From contig CAVYTU010000017.1 in assembly GCA_963771465.1 (NCBI GenBank), positions 160,001 through 224,000 on the forward strand: DNA of 64,000 nt. Direction: 5' to 3'. This DNA is from an uncultured delta proteobacterium (GTDB lineage: Bacteria; Desulfobacterota; Binatia; UBA9968). Shown piece by piece: positions 8,626 through 17,134 of the stretch. Each line of letters begins with the position of its first letter. The stretch's first letter is position 1. The translations under genes were made by a program, and so were the position numbers. The notes under the pieces were generated by a model. The model did no database searches. It had not been told where the DNA came from and saw only the letters and a list, made by a program, of their open reading frames with translations.

Positions 8626-9639
8626 CTAAAGTTCACGCGTGCTCTCGGCGAACAGATCTTCGATCTTCGGCTTTTTTGTGATGAGTCCTTGCTCGTGGGA
8701 AAAGTCGATGAGAGTTTGCAGCAATTTCCGGTTGGCTTTGACGCCGTATGGGAACGGATCGCTGCCAAAGAGTTCTTGAGTCTTGAGTAAATATTCTTTG
8801 CCAAAAAAGAGTCCCGACGGAATGCTTTCCGCCAACCTGGCGTTGAACTGTTCCTTGGCTTTGACAAAGGCGCTGTACAGGTTGAAAGCGACCCAAGGAT
8901 ACTTTCGATGGATGTCGCCGCGAATCGTGTAGGTGTGGTTTACCGGCAGAAATCCCCACTTATCGAAGAACCGTTTGCCTTCGGCGATGCGGTCGGTAAA
9001 GAGTTCTTTCACTTTGCTCCAGTCGTGCTCGGAGCCGGTAATGCGATGGGAGCGGCCGAGCTGGTTGGGCGCGTTTTTCCATGGACTGTTGATCGCCGCC
9101 ACGTCCAGTTCGTGCTTGACCAGCATCGACGCCAAGCTTTGGTCCGGCGGCACGCGCTGGAATGATATTCCTTTGGGCGGAGTAAAACCGGTGACGCCGC
9201 CGTGGCTCATATCCTCAGTGCGCTCCATGTACCAGTCGACCTTGTATTGCGACACGCCGAAGTCGTGTTCAAGAATGCCGCGCTGCCAGAGCGCCGCAGT
9301 TTGTTGATATTCACTGACGCCGATGCGTTTGCCGACGATGTCCTCAGGTTTACGAATTCCAGAGTCGGTGTGGTAGGAAAGCTCGGTGTGAAATAGCCGG
9401 CGGCTGGGAAAAACCGGCAACGCGATCATGTCGAGGCCGCGCTCACGGGCGATCAGATACGACGACATCGACATCTCGCCCACCGGGAATTCCATATCTC
9501 TAAGCTGGCGCAGGAAGGTCTCCGATGGATGCGAGTAAGTCGGCACAATCTCGATCGCTTCAGCCTGAACGATGCCTTTCATCAGCGGCTCGACTCGTTC
9601 GTTGAATGCGGAAATAAAGTTTAAACGTAACTTCGCCAT
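8626..9639 (-). CDS. 4,5-dihydroxyphthalate decarboxylase-like protein, paralog 2
   Basis: GEMSMSSY, ALPVFPSRR, EYQQTAALWQRGILEHDFGV, LPVNHTY, DPFPYGVKANR. Confidence 0.8.
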   Translation of the reverse strand: MAKLRLNFISAFNERVEPLMKGIVQAEAIEIVPTYSHPSETFLRQLRDMEFPVGEMSMSSYLIARERGLDMIALPVFPSRRLFHTELSYHTDSGIRKPEDIVGKRIGVSEYQQTAALWQRGILEHDFGVSQYKVDWYMERTEDMSHGGVTGFTPPKGISFQRVPPDQSLASMLVKHELDVAAINSPWKNAPNQLGRSHRITGSEHDWSKVKELFTDRIAEGKRFFDKWGFLPVNHTYTIRGDIHRKYPWVAFNLYSAFVKAKEQFNARLAESIPSGLFFGKEYLLKTQELFGSDPFPYGVKANRKLLQTLIDFSHEQGLITKKPKIEDLFAESTREL

Positions 9640-9673
9640 TATATCTCCTGCTGGTTACTTCGTCGGGCTCTAC

Positions 9674-10696
9674 TCAACGAAGCTTGAATATTTCGTTATA
9701 GAGTCTAACTAGTCCCTCGAAGTCTTTGTAATCTTCGGGATTCTCCACGACCCGTTTGTAGCCGCGAAAAAGCCGCGGCGGATGAGGCTCGACGTCTTTG
9801 CGCACGGGAATGCGCTGCATGCCGCGCATCATCTCCTGTCCCTCTTTGGACAGGCTGAAGTCATAGTAGAGCCGGGCGGCATTGGGATTGGGCGCTTTGG
9901 CCGCGATCATAATCGGGAAGGCGCTCACCACCGCCGGTTCCAGCGGCACCCAGTCGATGGGCGCGCCCCTGGCCACCATGCGTTCCAAGGTTTGATTGTA
10001 CGCTACGATTAGCGGATATTCTCCTGCCCCCGCCAGTGCGACTCGTTCCGAGTTGCCGCGCATCATGGCGGGATCGATGGCCGCGATGCGGCGAAAGTAG
10101 CTGATCGCTCTCTCTCGCCCCCATGCGCGCATCAGCCCTTGCAGCATACCGTACGCCTCGTTGTCGAAGGACAGTTGGCCGCCTTTCCATTTTGGCTCGA
10201 CGAGCGCCTCGTAGGTCCTCGGCACATCTTCGCGTTTGACCAGCTTGGTATGCCATCCCAAGACGTATGTGACGACATAATAAGCTGTCCAGTAGCCTTC
10301 CTTGTCGACCAGATCTTCGTCGATTGCCTTGGCTTCCGGAGAGCGATAGGAAGCCAATAGTTTTCGCTCCATCAGCGGCGCATACATCTCGGCTCGTCCG
10401 GCAACGACATCCCAGGCGTGACGGCCAGCGCGCGCCTCGTTGAGAATCTTATTGAGCAGCGGACCGCCGCCGGTGCGAAACAGGGTGGGCTTGATGAACG
10501 GATATTTTTTCTGAAAGCGATCCACGACCTCCTTGCTCTGATCGAGAGTCATGGTGGTGTAGAAAATCACTTCGCCTTCTTTTTTTGCTCCTTCGATCAA
10601 GCGCGGATCGGGGTTCGCTTGCGAGCTGGCGAACTCGACGGCAAAAATCAATGGCAGAATGAAAGCGACGATGGCGGTGTGGCTTCCTACTTTCAT
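9674..10696 (-). CDS. extracellular solute-binding protein (Fe3+/thiamine/AfuA-like family)
   Basis: Signal peptide; LIEGAKKEGEVIFYT, P.TYEALVEPKWKG, AKAPNPNAARLYYDF.LSKEGQ. Confidence 0.85.
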   Translation of the reverse strand: MKVGSHTAIVAFILPLIFAVEFASSQANPDPRLIEGAKKEGEVIFYTTMTLDQSKEVVDRFQKKYPFIKPTLFRTGGGPLLNKILNEARAGRHAWDVVAGRAEMYAPLMERKLLASYRSPEAKAIDEDLVDKEGYWTAYYVVTYVLGWHTKLVKREDVPRTYEALVEPKWKGGQLSFDNEAYGMLQGLMRAWGRERAISYFRRIAAIDPAMMRGNSERVALAGAGEYPLIVAYNQTLERMVARGAPIDWVPLEPAVVSAFPIMIAAKAPNPNAARLYYDFSLSKEGQEMMRGMQRIPVRKDVEPHPPRLFRGYKRVVENPEDYKDFEGLVRLYNEIFKLR

Positions 10697-10732
10697 GACT
10701 TCCCTCCCAGCTGAGGCGACGTTGTCGATCGA

Positions 10733-11743
10733 TTATGTGTCAAGCGTGCTCTCGGCGAAAAGTTCTTCGACTTTCATTTCGCGCGGCGTCAAACCTTGCT
10801 CGTGGGAATAGCTGGTGATGGTGTCGAGCATGGCGCGATTGGCTTTAATGCCGAACGGAAACGGGTCGTCGCCGATCAGCGCGCGCGTAGTCGCAAGATA
10901 TTCCTGTCCAAATATCAGTGCTGTCGGAATCTGCTCCGTCAATTTTTCCTGGGCAAAGGCCTTGGCGCGGACGAAGCCTTCATAGAGTTTCGCGGCGAGC
11001 CAAGGATGTTTGCGGTGAATATCGCCGCGGATGATGTAGGCGTGATTGACCGGTAGAAAGCCATGCTGCTGGTAGAAGCGCGCGCCTTCGGCCATGCGGT
11101 CGGGAAACAGCGGCTCGATCTTGCTCCAATCGCCTTTGCCGGTGATACGGCTGGAGCGGTCGAGCGTGTTGGCTTGCAGCACCCACGGGCTTGAGACGTG
11201 GGCGACATCGAGTTCGTTATCGAGGATCGTCGAGGCAAGGCTTTTATTACCGGCGATACGGTTAAAAGATATTCCCGGCGGCGGCCTGAAACCCGTCGCA
11301 CCGCCGTGGCTCATCTCTTCGCTCCGTTCCATGTACCAGTGAATCTTATATTGCGACACGCCGAAGTCATGTTCGAGAATGCCGCGCAGCCACAACGCCG
11401 CGGTCTGCTGATATTCCGCCACACCGAGACGTTTTCCCGCGAGGTCTTGCGGCTTCGTGATGCCTGAGTCGACGTGGTAGGACAGTTCGGTTTGAAACAA
11501 GCGGCGGCTCGGAAACGCCGGCAGGGCGATCATGTCGGCTCCCTGCGAGCGGGCGATCAGGAACGACGACATCGACATTTCCGCCACTTCGAATTCGCCG
11601 AACTTCAACTGGCGCCAAAATGTTTCCGCCGGGTGCGAATAGGTCGGAACGAGACTAACGCCGTCGAGCTTGATCGTGCCGTTCATCAGCGGCTCGACCC
11701 GCTCGTTAAAGGCGGAAATGAATCCTAGGGTCAACTGTTCCAT
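10733..11743 (-). CDS. 4,5-dihydroxyphthalate decarboxylase-like protein, paralog 3
   Basis: Highly similar to 8626-9639 (FISAFNERVEPLM, TYSHP.ETF.RQL, EYQQTAALW.RGILEHDFGVSQYK). Confidence 0.8.
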   Translation of the reverse strand: MEQLTLGFISAFNERVEPLMNGTIKLDGVSLVPTYSHPAETFWRQLKFGEFEVAEMSMSSFLIARSQGADMIALPAFPSRRLFQTELSYHVDSGITKPQDLAGKRLGVAEYQQTAALWLRGILEHDFGVSQYKIHWYMERSEEMSHGGATGFRPPPGISFNRIAGNKSLASTILDNELDVAHVSSPWVLQANTLDRSSRITGKGDWSKIEPLFPDRMAEGARFYQQHGFLPVNHAYIIRGDIHRKHPWLAAKLYEGFVRAKAFAQEKLTEQIPTALIFGQEYLATTRALIGDDPFPFGIKANRAMLDTITSYSHEQGLTPREMKVEELFAESTLDT

Positions 11744-11754
11744 TGCGGTCTCGA

Positions 11755-12441
11755 TTATTTATCGAAGCCGTCGATGGACCAGATGTCGTAGAGCAGTTCC
11801 ATGCGGCGAAACGTCGCTTTGTAGGTTTGCTCCTGGAGCGCGGGTGAGTGGAGGTAGCGAACAGCGATCTCCTCGGCGAGACTGCTATGCTCTTCATCCG
11901 CTTCGGTATGGACAGTGAAGAAGCGCACGTCGTCCGGCTTCATATTGTAGTTTTTGAGCAAACCGTTGCCGATCGCTGCCGCCGCCGGACCGAAAGTTCC
12001 CTCCGCGCCGATCTGGATCGACATGACCACGAACCAGGGCAAAGTGTGGATGATGAGCTCGACGTAATAAAGATGAGCTGCGGTTGACGGACGCAGTTCG
12101 GCGGACTCCAATTGTTGCTGGGTTAGACCGATGGCGTTAGCGAAGCGAATCGCCAGTTCGTTATGACCGGCGCTACCGGTATCCATGCCGCGAGTCTCTT
12201 CTTCGACCACGCCCCAGAGCTTTTGAGCGATCTCCGGATCGTTGCAGGCGAGATAGCGCAGCATGGCGATGCGCGGCACCGCGGCGCGAAACTGATAGTC
12301 TTGAAGCGCCCAGGCGCGAATCTGCTCCATGGTCGCCGTACCGTTGCAGACGGCTTTCAAGAAAGGATGTTTAATGCGGATTTTGGGAAACGCTTGGATA
12401 TCTTTCTTGAGCTGTGCGACGAATTCTGCGGATGTGGCCAT
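11755..12441 (-). CDS. heme-oxygenase-like diiron protein (TenA/PqqC/CADD fold)
   Basis: HPFL N-terminal motif, EEE...H, GAEG, FFTVHTEADEEH matching the CADD-type metal ligand pattern. Confidence 0.8.
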   Translation of the reverse strand: MATSAEFVAQLKKDIQAFPKIRIKHPFLKAVCNGTATMEQIRAWALQDYQFRAAVPRIAMLRYLACNDPEIAQKLWGVVEEETRGMDTGSAGHNELAIRFANAIGLTQQQLESAELRPSTAAHLYYVELIIHTLPWFVVMSIQIGAEGTFGPAAAAIGNGLLKNYNMKPDDVRFFTVHTEADEEHSSLAEEIAVRYLHSPALQEQTYKATFRRMELLYDIWSIDGFDK

Positions 12442-12510
12442 GGTGAAACTCCTCTTAGTTTTTGCACCAATTTCTGGAGTGCATAGCTTATCAATCCAGG
12501 ACTCCGGTGA

Positions 12511-13239
12511 TTACTCCAGTTGGTTTTTGCTTCCTTGCAGCCGGCTGACGAAATACTCCCAACCGCGCATGGGGAAACGTTGGTCGGCATTGTACACTTC
12601 CAACTCTTCCGCGGTCAGATAGCGCGGCTCGCCGTGTAGCAGCGCGAGATGATTCCACTCGCCGAGCATGGCGAGCCGGGTCGTGCGTTCGATGACTTGC
12701 TCGATGCTTTCGCCGACGACGGCGTCGCCGTGGGAGCGCAGTAAGACCACCGGGCCGGCGCCGAGCGCGGCGGCGAGCTCGTTGCCGCGCTCCACCGTGC
12801 GCACCAAGCCGATGCCTTGATAGATGGGCGGGCCGTCGGCGGAAAGAAATTTACCGTAGTGATGCATCGGCTTGAGCTTGATCGGCAAGACGCTGAAGAT
12901 CGTGCTCCACTTGGAATGGGTGTGCGCGACACTGACGATTTCTGGACGAGCTTTGAAGATGCACGCATGAATCGGCCACTCGTTGGGCGGCGTCTTGGCG
13001 CCGTCGAGATAGTTGCCGTCGAAGTCCTGCATGATCAGGCGATCGCGAGTCACACAGCCGGGACTAACGTTGGCGATGGTAATAAACGCATCCGCGCCGG
13101 GCACGCGCACGCCGATATGACCGTAGCCGTCGGTGACGCCCTCGTGATCGAGAATGTGACAGGCGGTCATCAACTTATCGGTGAGCTCTCTAAGATCGGA
13201 TGAGTCAATGGTAGGAATATCTTTGCGATCGGCGGGCAT
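12511..13239 (-). CDS. class II aldolase/adducin family protein
   Basis: GHIGVR, EWPIH, AHTHS, LRSHG. Confidence 0.85.
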   Translation of the reverse strand: MPADRKDIPTIDSSDLRELTDKLMTACHILDHEGVTDGYGHIGVRVPGADAFITIANVSPGCVTRDRLIMQDFDGNYLDGAKTPPNEWPIHACIFKARPEIVSVAHTHSKWSTIFSVLPIKLKPMHHYGKFLSADGPPIYQGIGLVRTVERGNELAAALGAGPVVLLRSHGDAVVGESIEQVIERTTRLAMLGEWNHLALLHGEPRYLTAEELEVYNADQRFPMRGWEYFVSRLQGSKNQLE

Positions 13240-13286
13240 GGCTGCTCCTTCAAACTGAACGCGTGATGAATTAATTTATTGTCGCG

Positions 13287-13315
13287 ACTCTAGTGGCCGG
13301 TTATCGCTCTGTCAA
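13287..13315 (-). promoter_or_regulatory. internal sigma70-type promoter candidate
   Basis: Minus strand TTGACA-17 nt-TAGAGT; -35 overlaps the stop of the upstream aldolase gene. Confidence 0.55.
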
Positions 13316-14034
13316 GCAACGCGCCGCTCGCCCAGCCGGCTCAAAAAATATTCCCATGGGCGTGCCGGAAAAGAGCGGTCGCCGGCGAAAGTCGCCAGTT
13401 CCTCTTCGGTCAAGTAGTCCGGCCCACCGTGGACCGCCGCTAAGTGCGACAGCTCGCCGAGAAACGCGAGCTGCACCGTGCGCAGGATAGCTTGCTCGAC
13501 ATTGGCGCCAACCACTGCGTCGCCGTGAGCGCGCAGCAAAGCGGCTGCGCCGTCTTTCAATGTGTCGGTTAGCGCCTGGCCTCGCTCAACGGAAGTGATC
13601 AGCCCGGCTTTGGGATAGATAGGCGCGCCGCCGACAGGAAGAAATCTGCCGTACATATGCACCGGACGCAGGCCTTTTTTCAGCACGCTAAATAGCGCGC
13701 TCCATTTGGAATGGGTGTGGCATACGCTCATGACGTCCGGGCGCGCGCGCATGATGCACGCGTGAATCGGCCACTCGTAGGGCGGCGGCTTGGCTCCGCC
13801 GAGAAAGTTGCCGTCGAAGTCCAGCAAAACGAGCTTGTCGAGTGCAGCGCAGCCGGGGCTCACCTGGGCGATGGTGAGAAGCGCGGCCTGTTCCGGTACG
13901 CGCGCACTCACATGGCCGAAGCCGTCGGTGATACCCTCGCGGTCGAGGATCAAACAGGCGTTGACGACTTTCGCTTTAAGCTCATTGAGTTCGCTAGAAT
14001 CGAACGCAGGTCCTGTGTATCGCGCGCTGGCCAT
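13312..14034 (-). CDS. class II aldolase/adducin family protein (paralog)
   Basis: GHVSAR, EWPIH, CHTHS, LRAHG; start MASAR after GAGGAG. Confidence 0.85.
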   Translation of the reverse strand: MASARYTGPAFDSSELNELKAKVVNACLILDREGITDGFGHVSARVPEQAALLTIAQVSPGCAALDKLVLLDFDGNFLGGAKPPPYEWPIHACIMRARPDVMSVCHTHSKWSALFSVLKKGLRPVHMYGRFLPVGGAPIYPKAGLITSVERGQALTDTLKDGAAALLRAHGDAVVGANVEQAILRTVQLAFLGELSHLAAVHGGPDYLTEEELATFAGDRSFPARPWEYFLSRLGERRVA

Positions 14035-14068
14035 TAATGCTCCTCTGATATCGTAAGATCGCAGATCG

Positions 14069-14097
14069 GTTCTAATTGTGCGTGAACGGGGTGTCAA
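14069..14097 (-). promoter_or_regulatory. sigma70-type promoter candidate for the catabolic cluster
   Basis: Minus strand TTGACA-17 nt-TAGAAC. Confidence 0.5.
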
Positions 14098-14153
14098 GTC
14101 GCGCGGATTTTACTAGAGTTAAGGCGACTGTCGTAATAGAATTCGCAGCGAAC

Positions 14154-14723
14154 ATGATATCTTTGAGCGCTGCCTCGCTGACGCCGCATCCGTGGAATGT
14201 CGGTCAATTGGTCTATAGGGTCGAAGCCGAGCTGTTCTTCGATGAAAGCCAAAGGCTTAAATTAGTTTACCGAATAAATGGAGCACTGAATCGGCTCAAA
14301 GTTCCAGTTTCAAGCCAACCGCGGCACGCGGATGGCCTTTGGCAGCACACTTGTTTCGAGGCATTTATCAAAGAGAGCGGGAGTTCAGATTACTATGAGT
14401 TCAATTTCTCTCCTTCGGGCGAATGGGCGGCATATGCGTTTCGTAGTTACCGCGATGGCGGACGATTTGACGACGATTCGATGGATCCGGCGATCTCTGT
14501 AAATATAGAAGACGACCGTTTGGTTCTCAATGCGGCGATTGGTTTGGCTCGGTTGCCGGCAATTCGATCGGCGACGAGACTCCTGATCGGGTTGTCGGCG
14601 GTCATCGAGGCCATCGACGGTTCGCTTTCCTACTGGGCGTTGAAACATCCGTTGGACAAGCCTGACTTTCATCATTCCGATTCCTTCGCTTTGGAACTCG
14701 CACTTCCCGGAGAGAGAGCTTAA
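14154..14723 (+). CDS. DOMON-like domain protein
   Basis: DGLWQHTCFEAF, YYEFNFSPSGEWAAYAF..YR, SYWALKHP..KPDFH. Confidence 0.8.
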   Translation: MISLSAASLTPHPWNVGQLVYRVEAELFFDESQRLKLVYRINGALNRLKVPVSSQPRHADGLWQHTCFEAFIKESGSSDYYEFNFSPSGEWAAYAFRSYRDGGRFDDDSMDPAISVNIEDDRLVLNAAIGLARLPAIRSATRLLIGLSAVIEAIDGSLSYWALKHPLDKPDFHHSDSFALELALPGERA

Positions 14724-14735
14724 AATAGCCTCACA

Positions 14736-15947
14736 ATGAAATTCGGAATCGACCGACTGATCGAAGAGCCGACGCTGCGAAAGCCGCTCGCTGGAAAGCG
14801 TGTCGCTTTGCTCGCACATCCGGCGTCGGTGACACGCGACTTGATGCATTCACTTGATGTCTTGGCGGCGCTGCAAGAAATTAAGTTAACTGCGGCGTTC
14901 GGCCCGCAGCACGGACTTCGCGGCGACAAACAGGACAACATGATAGAGTCGGCCGATTTTAATGATCCGGTGCATGGCATTCCGATTTTCAGTCTCTACG
15001 GGGAAGTGCGCCGGCCGACGGCCGCGATGATGGAGAGCTGCGATGTGCTGCTCGTCGATCTGCAAGATGTCGGCTGCCGTATTTACACGTTTGTCACGAC
15101 GCTTCGCTACGTTCTTGAAGCTGCCGCGCAGCACAAGAAAGCTGTCTGGATACTCGATCGGCCCAATCCGGTTGGGCGACGGGTGGAAGGATTGCGCTTG
15201 CGACCGGGTTGGGAAAGTTTCGTCGGCGCCGGGCCGCTGCCGATGCGCCACGGTCTGACACTCGGCGAACTGGCGAAATGGTTTGTGCGCACACTGAAAC
15301 TAGATGTGGAGTGCGAAGTCATCACAATGGAAGGTTGGAATCCCGCGGCCGCACCCGGCTACGGTTGGCCGCTCGGCGAACGAAGCTGGGTAAATCCCAG
15401 TCCCAACGCTCCGAATCTCTCGATGGCACGCTGTTACGCCGGAACTGTCATGCTCGAAGGCACGACGCTGTCGGAAGGGCGCGGCACGACCCGCCCGCTG
15501 GAACTCTTCGGCGCACCGGACATCGACCCACGCGCGTTGTTGAAAAAGATGGCATCCCTGGCGCCCGAGTGGCTGCGCGGCTGCCGCCTGCGCGAGTGCT
15601 GGTTTGAACCGACCTTCCACAAACACGCCGGTAAGCTATGCGCGGGCATTCAAGTCCACGTCGACGGTCCGGGTTACGATCATGAATGGTTCCGACCTTG
15701 GCGACTGATGGCGTTGGCATTCAAAGCACTGCGTATTCTTCGACCCGATTATGATCTCTGGCGTGACTTTCCGTATGAATACGAGCACGACCGGCTCGCG
15801 ATTGACTTGATCAATGGTAGCGAGCTGTTGAGAGAGTGGGTCGATGATCAAGTCGCGATGCCGGACGATCTCAATGCGGCGGCGATACTTGATGAGAAGT
15901 CATGGCAAGATGAACAGGCACCCGTGCTGATCTACGATAAGGCCTAA
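14736..15947 (+). CDS. DUF1343 / exo-beta-N-acetylmuramidase NamZ-like protein
   Basis: FGPQHG, DLQDVGCRIYTF, LDRPNP, MRHGLTLGELA, SEGRGTTRPLE. Confidence 0.85.
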   Translation: MKFGIDRLIEEPTLRKPLAGKRVALLAHPASVTRDLMHSLDVLAALQEIKLTAAFGPQHGLRGDKQDNMIESADFNDPVHGIPIFSLYGEVRRPTAAMMESCDVLLVDLQDVGCRIYTFVTTLRYVLEAAAQHKKAVWILDRPNPVGRRVEGLRLRPGWESFVGAGPLPMRHGLTLGELAKWFVRTLKLDVECEVITMEGWNPAAAPGYGWPLGERSWVNPSPNAPNLSMARCYAGTVMLEGTTLSEGRGTTRPLELFGAPDIDPRALLKKMASLAPEWLRGCRLRECWFEPTFHKHAGKLCAGIQVHVDGPGYDHEWFRPWRLMALAFKALRILRPDYDLWRDFPYEYEHDRLAIDLINGSELLREWVDDQVAMPDDLNAAAILDEKSWQDEQAPVLIYDKA

Positions 15948-16115
15948 GCCACCTAATCCGCTTTCGTCCAAATCGAGTATAGACTTACACGAGTATTCTT
16001 TTCGCCTTCGCAAATCTTCTTATCGGTAAGAATCGAGGTGGGAGATTCTCGCAGAAGTGAGAAGGTAAGTCGCGGCCAGATACATTTTCCCTCGCAAAAA
16101 AGCGGCAAGCTCTTA

Positions 16116-16132
16116 CTGGCATCCCTCTTGCT
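16116..16132 (+). promoter_or_regulatory. sigma54 (-24/-12) promoter
   Basis: CTGGCATCCCTCTTGCT with correct GG-N10-GC spacing, ~40 nt upstream of ATG 16171. Confidence 0.7.
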
Positions 16133-16170
16133 CATAGTTGAATTAAATACTTGCGAGCGTGGAGGGATAA

Positions 16171-16887
16171 ATGTTTACGGACAAAATCGAAGCAAAAGAT
16201 TTCGACAAGATGGACCCAGAGTATAAAGAACTTTTGGGCCATGTGTTGGCCATACAAGCGGACTGCGAGATCGGTGGACCGCATCTTTACGTCGAGACCA
16301 TGTTACCGGCGGCGCCGACGAAGCTGGACCAACTCATCATCGCGCGCACTGCGGCGGAAGAGATCGATCACTTTCGCAAAGTCGCCCGCGTCGCCGGTGA
16401 TATCGGCGTCGATGTGTCGTTCGTGTTGAGCCAACCCAATGAGAAGCGCTTCGTCGACACGTTTCGCGGCTTGATCACGACTTGGGAAGACAACGCGGTT
16501 TTTGGTTTTTTGATCGACCGGGTTGGCCGCTATCAATTGGAGGAATTTTACGATTGTAGTTACCTGCCGCTACAGCGGATTCTTCCCGACATTGTCACTG
16601 AGGAACTCGGCCACATCGAGTATGGCTACAACAAAACCCTCGAACTGATTCAATCGGGGGATGAAGGAAAGGCAAGGACGCAAAAGGCGGTCGACTACTG
16701 GTACGTGCGCGCCCTCGATATGTTCGGCCGTAGCGCCTCGATCAAATCCGAGCGCTATCGGTACTGGGGTCTTAAGCGCCGGTCCAATGACCAGGCGCGC
16801 CAGGACTATATCAACGAAGTCGGGCCGATCCTCACACAGATGGGGTTGACGGTTCCCGATCCAAACAAAGGCCGTCGTTACATGTAA
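16171..16887 (+). CDS. ferritin-like diiron protein, PaaA/PaaC/BoxB-related
   Basis: QADCE, APT, EEIDH, FLID, CSYLPL, EELGH, QKAVDYW...LDMFG. Confidence 0.8.
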   Translation: MFTDKIEAKDFDKMDPEYKELLGHVLAIQADCEIGGPHLYVETMLPAAPTKLDQLIIARTAAEEIDHFRKVARVAGDIGVDVSFVLSQPNEKRFVDTFRGLITTWEDNAVFGFLIDRVGRYQLEEFYDCSYLPLQRILPDIVTEELGHIEYGYNKTLELIQSGDEGKARTQKAVDYWYVRALDMFGRSASIKSERYRYWGLKRRSNDQARQDYINEVGPILTQMGLTVPDPNKGRRYM

Positions 16888-16904
16888 TCCACACAGGAGG
16901 AAAT

Positions 16905-17096
16905 ATGCCGCAAGCAGTAGCTAACATTGAACAGTTGGATGAACACCTGATGGAGGTCGTGCGCGCGCTTCACAGCGCGGTCAGACAAGGCGTGTCTCAC
17001 AAGGACAATTCCAAGGTGATGGATACGGCGATCAAAGATTGTAAAGAAATGCTCGATGAGGTGATGAAAGGCAACGTCAAAGAATGGCTGAATTGA
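16905..17096 (+). CDS. 63-aa hypothetical protein
   Basis: Strong SD AGGAGG, 17 nt after the diiron gene, helical amphipathic pattern. Confidence 0.7.
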   Translation: MPQAVANIEQLDEHLMEVVRALHSAVRQGVSHKDNSKVMDTAIKDCKEMLDEVMKGNVKEWLN

Positions 17097-17134
17097 CACA
17101 GCGCATGGAGCAAGCACGTCATTGAGGCGAATCC

